Source of the DNA: Catajapyx aquilonaris
Taxonomy: Eukaryota
Assembly (NCBI GenBank): GCA_000934665.2
Contig: KZ538551.1
Location: 124,001 to 188,000 of the forward strand
Length of the DNA stretch: 64,000 bases
Direction: 5' to 3'
The notes beneath the pieces were generated by a model. The model did no database searches. It was not told where the DNA came from and saw nothing but the letters and a program-made list of their open reading frames with translations. Below are positions 41,053 to 51,638 of the stretch, piece after piece; position 1 is the stretch's first letter, and each line of letters begins with the position of its first letter. Position numbers and translations under genes: made by a program.

Positions 41053-41116
41053 CAGGATTCGATTCTTGAACCTTTCGGTTACGAAGAGAGTGGCTTATCC
41101 ACTAGACCACTGCGCT
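41053..41116 (-). pseudogene. Degenerate tRNA-like sequence
   Basis: Minus strand GCGCAGTGGTCTAGTGGATAAG...TTCGTAA...GAATCGAATCCTG: good A box, damaged B box. Confidence 0.45.
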
Positions 41117-41222
41117 ACTTCGATATACTGACAATATCTCCAGCATGTACTTGTTGTAACGAAAGGGCGCCATCACTGCAAGGCGGGCTAATGACTGGGA
41201 AGAAAATACTCTTGTACCTGGT

Positions 41223-41333
41223 GTCCAACAAGAATTGTCGCAGCGGCAGCGCACGAACTGCAGTCTCTCGTGTCCCTCTGCTCGTAGATTGTAGTTCGTG
41301 CGCTGCTGCTGCTACAATATATTCTTGTTGGAC
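41223..41333. repeat. Imperfect hairpin, about 44-bp stem, 19-nt loop
   Basis: 41223-41266 pairs with 41286-41333, with three G:T pairs, one C/T mismatch and a 4-nt bulge. Confidence 0.85.
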
Positions 41334-41662
41334 TGATAGTACAGTACTATTAATTCGGTGTAACTTTATATGTACGCAAATATGCCAGTTATGCTTTTTA
41401 TTTTTGTTTCGTTTCATTTGGCTTATTTGCGATAAAAATTTATTTCATGTTATATCTTTCACAACATTCACGGGTTTTTAATGTACAAAAGTACGTATGA
41501 TGTGTCGTATTATGTGTAATCAAAATTAGGAAACCTGTCGTACATTTTTAGTTTGTCTTCTGTAGAAAAAGTTTGTTTCCGAGGCATATTGACATGGTTT
41601 AAAACTCTTCTTTTTAACTTTTTTTTGTCGATGCAGGGATAATCCGCAGCCGGATAATCAGG

Positions 41663-42587
41663 TCCAACATCAACTTAATCAAACCCGGGTGGCAGCAGGT
41701 CTGTTGCAAGCGAAGAAGCAGGACAAGCAGGTGATGCGCCTTCACCACCTCGCCCTGTGCAAGACCTGCAAAACAGCAATTGTTAGCAAACTTATTGCAC
41801 TGGATAATTTCATCAGACACTAACCTTTCATCTTGTGACCTCCGTACGTCACAGTCCCGAGTTTGGCCATGTCAGCATCCCGATCAGCCTGCTGCTTCAG
41901 GAAGTCCATCATCATTTTCTGGGAGAACGACAGCACCTTCTCGTACACCTCCCTCTCCTGCTCGTTCATCTCAACCGAATGCACCTGCACTTCTTTGGAT
42001 GGAAGGACCACGAGCCTCTGCCCGCAGAAGTCCTGGTCCTTGGTCTTGGTGTCTATCCACTCCACTGTAAAGTAATGGCATTACGGCAATAAATAGTTTG
42101 GTAAATATTAAATCAGGGTAACTCAACCAACAGGTTCTGCTATAATATACATACTTAGAGGAACAACCTCTAGGTACGACTCCCTATCCAACTGCAAATT
42201 TTATTTCCAAGGATGCGATTGTCAACCCAGGTTGTTTAATGCCTGATTTTATTACCTGAAGGTAGAGTCGACCCTTTGATGAGCGATCAAGTATCATCTT
42301 CACCTTCCGACTCATCTTCCGTGAGATGATCTTCGGATGACCTGGAACCTATGTCCTTATAATTCCCATAGTCCACTGACTTCTCCACTAAATGGCAGCT
42401 GCTGTCATCCAACGTGTTATGACCATCGGAAGTTTCCTCCAACGGAATGGGGCCACATCCTGGTGCTGCAGAGTTTGTGTGGAGAGCTGAACTCTTCTTC
42501 TTCGTCAAAATCAGACGACATGGCAGCTGCTCTCCACTGATGTTGTCTGGGTCTCGGAATCACAGAATCATCCTTGCTATCTGACAT
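41663..42587 (-). pseudogene. TTF2: TTF2-like copy C: deletion remnant (exon 1, intron 1, 3' half of exon 4, start of exon 5)
   Basis: Exon 1 homologue from ATG 42587 with a 2-nt deletion near 42431 and an in-frame TGA at 42287. Intron 1 sequence joins directly near 42050 to TKDQDFCGQRLVVLPSKEV...GGHKMK. After the intron, the exon 5 start (KAHHLLVLLLRLQQTCCHPGLIK) is truncated near 41663. Confidence 0.9.
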
Positions 42588-42908
42588 TGTCTGGGGTCTA
42601 CCACCTGCAATGATTACACTATTACCAATAATTATTAATTAATAATAATAGAAAAAGTGTCCATGCTTACTATAATAATTATTTAGCTTTAGATTTGAAA
42701 AAAAAAAACGACTTAATTATTCCAATAGGCCAAAGTGATTAGTACTGGACACTGCCTAATTAATAAATAAACAAGTGATCAGCTGTACAGTACACCTGAG
42801 TACTCACTGAAGGTCTGAACACACAATGGGTACATGGTACAGTATGTAAATGCACAATCAGCCACATACATTGCACCCTTTCTCCTGCTTTTCCTTACTT
42901 TACAATGG

Positions 42909-43831
42909 CTATGTCTGGTGCTGGCTCCCTACTTCTTCCTTGGAAGAGATGGCAGATACTCCATCCAGGATGTGAGCAACAGCATCCAACACAACTGTCT
43001 CGCTGGAAGACTCGTCCTTGTCAGTTGAGGATGCCTCAGGCTTAGTCTCGTTGGGGGCAGGAGAAGGAGTGCGGGAGGACTGCTCACAGACGGAGAAGTC
43101 AATTTCCTCCTCCCCAACCTCCTGTTCAGCTGCCTCTGCTACCTCTGGCTCTTCAGCAGCTGCTCCTGACAGACAAGGTTTTACGACCTCCTGTGTCTCT
43201 GCTGAGGTAATGAGTATGGTTGGTGTCAGGTTGGTTGTCTCTGTTGAATCCTGAAGTTCTGGCAGCCTCTCAGCTGCAGGTGACGCTTCTTCTGGCTTCA
43301 ACTCCGCCACCTCGTAGAGGAGCTCTTCAGGATGGAGACCTACACAGACCACCACTATGCTATGGTTAGGTGGTACCAGCGGCTGAGGAAAGATTACTTG
43401 CCATTTCAAATGAAAAAATTGCAACCTTCAAGTTCAAGTTTTCACTACCCAGCGGACAAATTTAAAAACAGTTTAATTTCATGGAATACTAGGAACATTC
43501 CAATAAAAATAATCCTGATTTTAAAGATTAAAAATTCGCAAATGAGCTTTCAACCCTTGATTTTTACTAAGGGAACATAAAAAATTTGTACTTCCAATAT
43601 TTGGTTTCCTCTACAACCCCCACTGGAAAAATCTGCAGGAAAATGGATCATGGAAGAGGTCAGAGGGTTTGCGTTTGTCAGATGTACTGTACATCTGAGG
43701 TACTCACCAGAGTTGTAATGGTGGTCGTCAAGGGCTTCATGCTGACAACGTAGCCCGAGGACCATTTTGACACTCAGCGTCGATGGCGCTGTCTGCAGTA
43801 CTTGATCCCAAAAGCCTATCAGTGGTATCAC
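42909..43831 (-). pseudogene. Unidentified acidic/Ser-rich gene fragment, copy X1 (two candidate exons)
   Basis: Exon-like 43831-43708 (TTTCAG acceptor, GTGAGT donor) splices in phase to 43339-42909, which encodes a Glu-rich LHPEELLYEVAELKPEE...TVVLDAVAHILDGVSAISSKEEVGSQHQT. Lacks a 414-nt block present in X2; the junction has CTTC microhomology. Confidence 0.5.
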
Positions 43832-44049
43832 CTGAAAATAATAAGTCAATGTAATAGATGCCGCAGTATTTCATGCTTTATTGGTTCAATGGCATAGTAT
43901 GTAGCCCGCACTTAATGTATCCCCTAGCCATATACTGGTATGCTTACCACATGGTGCAAATGTTCGGAAAACTCCAGACAACATCGTTTTGAGATCTCAT
44001 AGTACACGTGTGATTAAGGTATATCAAATCAGTATACTGAAAAGGATGA

Positions 44050-44400
44050 GCGATTTTTCAAAGGAAAGTGTGGGATAAAAAGGCTGCATAACAGTTGATG
44101 CGTTGTGGGCGAGTGGTTAGTGTCTTTCCCTTCCAAGTGGAAGGACCAAGGTTCAATACCAACTGAGAACTTTTGGTTTTATGTTTTGTTTTGTTTTTTT
44201 CCAGAATAAATAGCACTCAAGCTTCAAAGTTGGTTGTTTTTTAACATCCTGATCATATCGTCTGGATATTCCAGTAAATGGCTCGATTATATTGTTGCTG
44301 AATATAAATTCTCCTCATTCCTATTTTATTTTGGAAGCGGGTTTTGTTTCCGTATTAAGGAACACAACTGCAAACATCGAAGGCTACGAAGTCAGAATAA
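44050..44400 (+). mobile_element. tRNA-Gly(TCC)-like repeat (SINE-like), copy 1
   Basis: 44100-44170 has an A-box-like TGGGCGAGTGG, anticodon loop CTTCCAA and B-box-like GGTTCAATACC, with no paired acceptor stem. Flanks are shared with the copies at 50.6 and 56.1 kb. Confidence 0.7.
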
Positions 44401-44806
44401 ACACCTTCAAATGCATCTTGGCAGCGAAGTACAATTTTTAGAATAATGTAGATTTTGTCTTCTGGTCTCTGCCAGTGAAGGTCTGCAAAAACCAGACAAA
44501 TGTTTGAAAATTATTTCTGCGAACCACGTAAGGATTTTGGCGTTTTTGCCGCAGCCGTATGAAAGCCCATTTCATGTACAGTATGGGACAAATAATTTTA
44601 TTTAGTTGGGTCCAAAAGATACTTCATGTTTAAAGTATAGTGCACTGGTGTGTGATACTTCCATATAGCGGATTCCTTGCCTGGCTTCCCTGCACCTCGC
44701 TTCCCTTTGGCAGCAATTCCTGGTTTAAATTGATGAAAAACATCAGATTATAACACTTCAATATAAATGCTACATTCATTAATCACCATTAAAGACAAAT
44801 AAGTAA

Positions 44807-47742
44807 TTAAACCTTCAGTACTGGCCGCATGGCAGGCACCTCGCTTAAGCCGAAGAGATGCTTCATGTCCTCTAGAGTAAGCTTGGCCAACCCCTTCCTC
44901 TTAGCACCGGCCAGAACCATACTGGCCAGATTCAGCTTCTTCTCCTGCAGCTCCACGATCCTCTCCTCAATGCTCTTTCCGGTAACAAATCTGTGCACGT
45001 GGACGTCCTTGGTCTGCCCCATCCGATGCACCCGGTCGCAAGCCTGCGCTTCCAGCTGCGGATTCCAGTGCAGGTCCATCATGAAGAGGTGGTTGCCGCC
45101 CATCAGGTTCAAGCCGACGCCGCCCGCAACCAGCGACAGCAGCATGACATCGATGTCACTCCTGGGATCGTTGAAAGCTTCAACAATTTCGGCCCTCTTG
45201 TTGACAGGAACTTGGCCAGTGAGGGACACGCAGCGGAAACCCAGGACTTGCAGGTGCTCCTGGAGGATGGATAGAAACGAGGTCCACTGCGATACGACCA
45301 CAACCTTCTCGCGATGGCCAGTCAGAGCCTTCGCCTTGATCTTGCTGAGTTCTTTTGATGCGAGTTTCATCTTGCTGGATGCTCTGGATATGTTGAACAC
45401 GGGGTTGGAGACATGGAGAATCAGGCTGTCCCTGGAAGACTTATTGTTGTCGACGAAGCTCATAGTCTCACGCAGCGAGAGAAGGTCGACGTTGAGGTCA
45501 GCCTCAGGGTCGTCACCCGCAATTGCTTCAGCATGACGTGACTCTGAGTCCAACATCGACTTAATCAAACCCGGGTGGCAGCAGATCTGTCGCAGGCGAA
45601 GAAGCAGGACAAGCAGGTGATGCGCCTTCACTGCATCGCCTGCAAAACAGTAACTGTTAGCAACCTTGCACTGGGTAATTCCGATCAAAACCTAACCTTT
45701 CATCTTGTGACCTCCATACGTCACAGTCCCGAGTTTGGCCATGTCCGCATCCCGATCGGCCTGCTGCTTCAGGAAGTCCATCATCATTTTCTGGGAGAAC
45801 GACAGCACCTTCTCATACACCTCCCTCTCCTGCTCGTTCATCTCAACCGAATGCACCTGCACTTCTTTGGATGGAAGGACCACGAGCCTCTGCCCGCAGA
45901 AGTCCTGGTCCTTGGTCCGCCTCAGCATCAGGCACTTAATGACCAGGTTCAGCCGCTGCACTCCGGCCGCACTCTTGTTGTCCACCCAGTTTTTCCAGAC
46001 CGCCAGTTCGTCAAATGGCGAGCAGCGAAGGAAGCGCAGGAGAGAGTAAATGTCCATCTCGCGATTGTGCAGAGGAGTTCCTGTCACCACCCAGCGACGT
46101 CCTGCTCGGAGGGAACACACAGCCTGCAAACGCGACACATTAGCAACTGACAATATTCCTGGAGGTCGTGCACGGTACCTGCGACGTCTGGGCATTCGGA
46201 TTCCTGATGGTATGACCTTCATCAAGTATGATACGGTCCCAACCCAACCAGAACAGCTTCGTAGGTGGGGTGACCCTACACTCCATCATGACTAGGGTGT
46301 ATGTGGTTATTACTAAGTCATAAGTGTCCAGCTTCTCCTCATGCTCTTCTCGAGATGACCCATGATATACCAGTACTCGCAATCTCCCGGCGGTCTTGGT
46401 CTCGGCCTCCGATTCCCAATGGCCAATCAAGCTGGCTGGACAAATAACGAGCGTGGTTCCGCACGTCTTAAGGCCCTCAACTTCTGGCCTGGGGCTGCCC
46501 TTCTGCGCCAGTACAAGGGCCAACATGCTCAGCGTTTTCCCTAGCCCCATCTCATCGGCCAAGATGCCACCAGGGGGATGTAGGATCTCACGCTTTTGCA
46601 TCCAGGCCAAGGCATGGCGCTGGTGGGGCATGAGGGACACACGGATGCCTGGTGGATCCTCGGACTGGATGGTTTCGCCTGGAAGAACCTTCAGGGCATC
46701 ATGCATCTGCTGAAGCCTCCATTGTCACACTTTGGACTTCAATCCGGCGTTTCTTGGTCATCCGTCCACCGTACAGTTCGTGGAGATGAGGGTTAGCTGC
46801 ATACAAGGCTTCGAGGTTTGCTGGATCAGCAGCTGTTTGTGCACCACTAGTCTGCACCTGCACATAAGTTCAATTGTACATGTAATATGTAAAGCGCTGT
46901 ATGACACAATAACACCTATCACCTGTGAGTACCCGCTGCCTTGCAAAGTGCTCGCCGCACTAGCCAAATCGATCTCCGTTAGCTCCTGCTCCAGTGCCGA
47001 TATGGCCCGCTGGAGGTTCGGCCCATTTTGGGCCAACTCTGCCGGATTCAAGTACATCACCATATGCTGCATCCTAAGGTGCTGGAGCTGGGCCATCTTC
47101 TCCTTCCTCACCATCTCTTTCCAATCCATCTCTTTCAGTGCCCTAATCTTCCCCTTCAGTGTCTCATACGTTGACCTCAACTTAAATTTATTAAACATAT
47201 ACTTTTAGCCCAACTCTCCGACGCCTTCACTCCAATGTACAGTAATGGCGATAAATAGTTTGGTAAATATTAAATCGGAGTAACTCAACCAAAGAGTTCT
47301 GCTATAATACACATACCTAGAGGAGAGACCTCTAGGTACGACTCCCAATCCAACTGCAAAAATTTTACAAGCAAAATTTCCACGGATACGATTGTCAATC
47401 CAGGTTGTTTAATGTCTGATTTTATTACCTGCAGGTAGAGTCGACCCTTTGATGATCGATCCAGTATCATCTTCACCTTCCGACTCATCTTCCACCGAGA
47501 TGATCTTCGGATGGCCTGGAATCCACGTCCCTGTAATTCCCATAGTCCCTCCACTTCTCCACTAAATCGCAGCTGCCATCGGAATAGTTTCCTCCAACCG
47601 AATGGGGCCACATCCAGGTGCTGCAGAGTTTGTGTGGAGAGTTGAACTCTTCTTCTTTATCAGAATCAGGCGACATGACAGCTGCTCTTGGGAGACATCG
47701 TCTGGGTCTCAGAATCACAAAATCTCCCTGGCCATCTGACAT
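44807..47742 (-). pseudogene. TTF2: TTF2-like copy B: 5' half disrupted, ATPase core still open
   Basis: Colinear with copy A. Lesions: 2-nt deletion in exon 1 near 47496 (stop at 47485); loss of the exon 2 acceptor and about 480 nt (homology resumes near 47183); exon 2 donor GT changed to AT near 46919; 2-nt deletion near 46713. From ATG 46706 the frame is open through 46706-46179, 46123-45697 and 45639-44807, with only a 12-nt in-frame deletion. Confidence 0.85.
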
Positions 47743-48067
47743 TGTCTGAAGTCTACACCTGCAATGATTACACTAATTACATCATCTTCATCATCTTCTT
47801 CTTCATGGCGTTTCCCAATTATCCGCGAATACCTGACCAGGCTTCAGATATTTATTTTTTTGTATATGTATTTGGTCACACGAGGATATTGAGGAGCTCC
47901 TCCTCAATATCCGCTGGCAACCCCACATCTGTTTGGGAAACGCCATGAAGATAATGACACTAATAATTATTATTAATTAATAATTAATAGAAAAAGTCTC
48001 CAGTACTACAATTCCTTGCTAACTATAATAATTATATAGCTTTAGTATTGAAAAAAAAAAACACTTC

Positions 48068-48552
48068 TTATTTTAAGGGAGGGCGATAGCCCTTAAGTAA
48101 GACCGTAGCATAGATTTCAACAATGTTTCAACAATGAATTTTTCCTACTCGTTCTTCTTCTTGTTCTTGTTACGTTTTTTTTTATTCGCCCTAACTCAGG
48201 TTCTGCTGTAGGTAGAGCTTCCAAATTTTGAACACAGATCCGCACCTGGTAGCACTCAACTTTCGTTTTTTTACGACTATCTCTGTGAAAATCATTTTAG
48301 GGACTTCTAAGCGACGAAAATCGTCTCCAATGCATTCATAGTGCAGACTGTATAGTGTAGAGCATAACTGAATAAGTTTTGTGTACTGTCAAAAAAGAAC
48401 TGAAATTAGATCAAAAACTTTCCCTTCAGTAAAAAAAAGAGAAGTAAGACCTCCACGGCGGAATAAAAGTACTGAAACAAGGCAGGCTCACGTAAGACCT
48501 TCACCAATTGATTTAAGCTGTACCATAGGTCTTACTCAAGCAATTCTCAAGT
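48068..48552. mobile_element. Helentron-associated (HINE/DINE-1-like) element candidate
   Basis: T-rich start, stem-loop AGGGC-GATA-GCCCT 48080-48093, subterminal inverted repeat AGTAAGACC 48096 / GGTCTTACT 48528, and an internal (TTC)n tract. Absent from the homologous position in unit C. Confidence 0.45.
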
Positions 48553-49179
48553 CCGGTATGGAACGTCTCGTAAAATGACTGCTGCAAACTACTCAGAGCA
48601 GTAGGTAGGATTTTATTAAGAAAAGAAAAAAATGGGGAAAAAACTAAACCCATTCTAACAGACTTGGTCCAATCGAAAAAGACCCTCTAAAATTCACCAA
48701 TTAACGTTTATATGTGAAAAATTAAACGTTAGAGTTAAAATCAGCATCTAAAAGAGGTGACGATTCTGCATGAATGTTTCATGGCAATAATTCGCACTAA
48801 TCGCATAGAAATTCAATGTGCTTAATATTGAAGTTCCTAATTTCATAAAACACTAATATGGAGTGGCTCATGGAAAATTAATGGGTGGAATTTTCGTCGT
48901 ACTCCTATTACTATTAACTATAGGTCTGTAGTTACTGCTAACTTAGCAGTACCATTGCACTACACTGGCACTGCTAAGTTAGAAGTAACTATAGTAGTAC
49001 GACAGAAATTCCACAAATTTGTTTTCATTAGTAAATTGGTAATTGCTTGAGTAAGGCCTATGGTACAGCTTAAATCAATTGGTGAAGGTCTTACGTGCGC
49101 CTGCCTTGTTTCAGTACTTTCATTCCGCCGCGGAGGTCTTACTTCTCTTTTTTTACTGAAGGGAAAGTTTGATCTAATT
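48404..49179. repeat. About 140-bp inverted repeat pair (48404-48545 and 49041-49179)
   Basis: Near-identical reverse complements; they explain the two shared spurious ORFs reading KKREVRPPRRN...LTQAI. Confidence 0.9.
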
Positions 49180-49247
49180 CCAATAGGCCAGTGCCAGGCC
49201 AGTGCAGGTAAGTGATTAGTACTGGACACTGCCTATTAATTAGGTAA

Positions 49248-49278
<31 letters not shown>

Positions 49279-49855
49279 GTGATCTGTACAGTGCACCTGA
49301 GCTTACATGAATGCTCCAGAAGTCAAAGGAAAAGTCAAGTCAACAGGAAATCAAAACAAGTAAAGATAAGCAGCGTTCCAAAGTATGGATCCCCGTAAGT
49401 CGGGTCATTCATAAACCGGGGACTCCACTTGCGCAGTGAAGAGAGCAGTGCTGGGGGAAGAAATACTCTCTTGCACCCCTCACGACATACAAGACTGGAT
49501 GACTTCAAAAGCCTTGATTAAACATGTAAAAGAAACACAAAAGTAGAAACCATATCTGTATGAACACAGCCATTACGTTTCAGAAACCTTTGAACTTTCA
49601 TATAAACAATCTCAAGGGGGGAAATAAAAGAACATTGAAAGTTTTCATGAAGGCCGAGATCACAATCTCGTCAGCAATACCTTAATCAATACTTTCCGAC
49701 AGAGGGGCGCATTCCATTCCACCCTCTAGCACTTTTGACCCAATGGAGTGACTCACAAAAGGCAACAAGTGGATCCTCCCAACCTTGAACTCACTGACTG
49801 TCTGAACACACAATGGTTACATGGAATGTAAATGGCTATGTCTGGTGCTGGCTCC

Positions 49856-50506
49856 CTACTTCAACCCCATCCCTGTTACGCATGATCCCAGCCAAACCAA
49901 CCACACAGACTTAGCATAATCCTCATGGTGACATCTAGCTAGTTGCCTCACCCCTTCCTTGACCCAGGGGGCGTCCCCACTCCCGTCTCCTGCTGCTTCA
50001 CTCTCGCCTTCATCCGAGAGCAAGGGAGAGGGTGGAAGACACACCACAATTAACTTGGGTGTCTCTGGCGGAGGACCTTCCTCATCCCTGGCTTCCTCAG
50101 TCCCATCACCTTCATCTGTGCCTGCCAAGTTCAGGGGCAACCCAGGTGCCACCAGCCACTCTCCTACCCTGCCCATTGTGGCTCCTCTTGCGACACTGCC
50201 GGCACTCCTCCCTCCCAGGTTGGGATGCTTGGCCTGGCATCTTCTCATCGTCACAGGGAGCCTCACGGTCAGCTTCTTCCTTGGAAGAGATGGCAGATAC
50301 TCCATCCAGGATGTGAGCAACAGCATCCAACACAACTGTCTCGCTGGAAGACTCGTCCTTATTGTCAGTTGAGGATGCCTCAGGCTTCTCGTTGGTTGGT
50401 GGCATGGTTGTGAAAATAATGTCACTTTGAGAAGAACGGCCAACGAACTGAACTTCAAAGGCGGCGCCATCTTGGATTATGATGGTGGTGGTCAAATATC
50501 GCGGAG
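49856..50506 (-). pseudogene. Unidentified acidic/Ser-rich gene fragment, copy X2 (probably frameshifted terminal exon)
   Basis: Acceptor TTTAACAG before 50506. An acidic frame (PEASSTDNKDESSSETVVLDAVAHILDGVSAISSKEE) switches to a second acidic frame (DEGDGTEEARDEEGPPPETPKLIVVCLPPSPLLSDEGESE) ending at 49856. Near-identical to part of 42909-43045. Confidence 0.5.
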
Positions 50507-50609
50507 CTGTTAAAGAGAAATAAGCAGATGTCTGTGAAGAACTGATATAACGATTTCGATTATTATGGTCAACAGGATAATAAATTATTATGCCGGAAAC
50601 TATGAGTGA

Positions 50610-50960
50610 CCGTTCAAAGTGTGGGATAATAAAAAGGACTGCACGAACAGATGATGCATTGTGGGCGAGTGGTTCAAGTCTTCTCCTTCCAAGTGGAAGG
50701 ACAAGGGTTCAATACCAGTTGGGAGCCATTCGGTTTTTTATTTTTTTTTCCGGAACAAATAGGACTCATTAGCTTCAAAGTTGGTGGTTTTTCACATCCT
50801 GATCATATCATCTGGATGTTCTCGTCAATGGCTTGATTATACGGTTGCTGCAAGTTGATGAAAATGGTTTCTCCTCGTAGCGTCTGTTGTTACTCGTATT
50901 TTGTTATTCTGGGAGCAGGTTTTGTTTTCGGATCAAATAATAACACTACTGCAAAGTTCG
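50610..50960 (+). mobile_element. tRNA-Gly(TCC)-like repeat (SINE-like), copy 2
   Basis: tRNA-like core at about 50656-50728 (CCTTCCAAGTGGAAGGACAAGGGTTCAATACC) with the same upstream AAAGTGTGGG and downstream CATCCTGATCAT blocks. Confidence 0.7.
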
Positions 50961-51184
50961 CAGTATTCACAATAATTTATCTCTCTGCTTGATTTTTAAA
51001 TCATACTGATTAAATTGTGACATCATGACTGGAAAGGACAGTAAAAAAAGTGTATGCATTGCAGTTCAATCAGAGCACGTAATGCGTAAACATTTTCAAG
51101 GAACTGACAACCCCTAATGCATTAACAGTGTGTTTATTAAATACTAAATAATTATGTCCAGCGTACACTAGATAAAATATCATT

Positions 51185-51276
51185 GCTGTAACAGTTCATA
51201 TAAAAATAATTAAGAGGAACTGCAACATTGTAATGTTGCAGTTCCTCTTAATTATTTTTATATGAACTGTTACAGC
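51185..51276. repeat. Perfect inverted repeat, 45-bp arms, 2-nt spacer
   Basis: 51185-51229 is the exact reverse complement of 51232-51276. Confidence 0.95.
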
Positions 51277-51331
51277 TAAGTATATGACCTCTTTACAATA
51301 AATTGACACCCCAATGTGGCATTCGGGGAAA

Positions 51332-51503
51332 TTTTGGCTTTACTACCATTGGAAATCTTATGATTCGGTGGGCTGTTTCTACAGTAATTATTCAGCCTTA
51401 TTCTTGCTAGATTAAAGACATAATTTAGCAAGAATAAGGCTTAATAATTACTGTAGAAACAGACCACCGAATCATAAGATTTCCAATGGTAGTAAAACCA
51501 AAA
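51332..51503. repeat. Inverted repeat, 83-bp arms, 6-nt loop (MITE-like)
   Basis: TTTTGGCTTTACTACCATTGG...GCTAGATTA pairs with TAATTTAGC...CCAATGGTAGTAAAACCAAAA; four mismatches seen. Confidence 0.92.
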
Positions 51504-51638
51504 ACTCTGATCTGGTCCTAGTAAACATATTTCCAGAACATCGCTGGCGAGAACTGCGGAATTAAATTTAAGAAAAACAACACACTATAATAAAAATAGT
51601 CTATCTTCATTATTCCTCAATTAAACACTGATAGGTAA

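Noticed and set aside
44100..44170. Functional tRNA-Gly genes at 44.1, 50.66 and 56.11 kb and near 40.05 kb
   Set aside because: Acceptor stems do not pair and the arms are degenerate; treated as tRNA-derived repeats.
44829..46150. Long plus-strand ORFs opposite the TTF2 copies (also 51697-52993 and 53772-54440)
   Set aside because: Antisense shadows of GC-rich coding exons; no independent protein features.
49856..50470. 204-aa ORF starting at CAAGATGGCG as an independent intact gene
   Set aside because: The segment shared with copy X1 is read in a different, acidic frame there; the ORF is better explained as a frameshifted relic, though it is not fully excluded.
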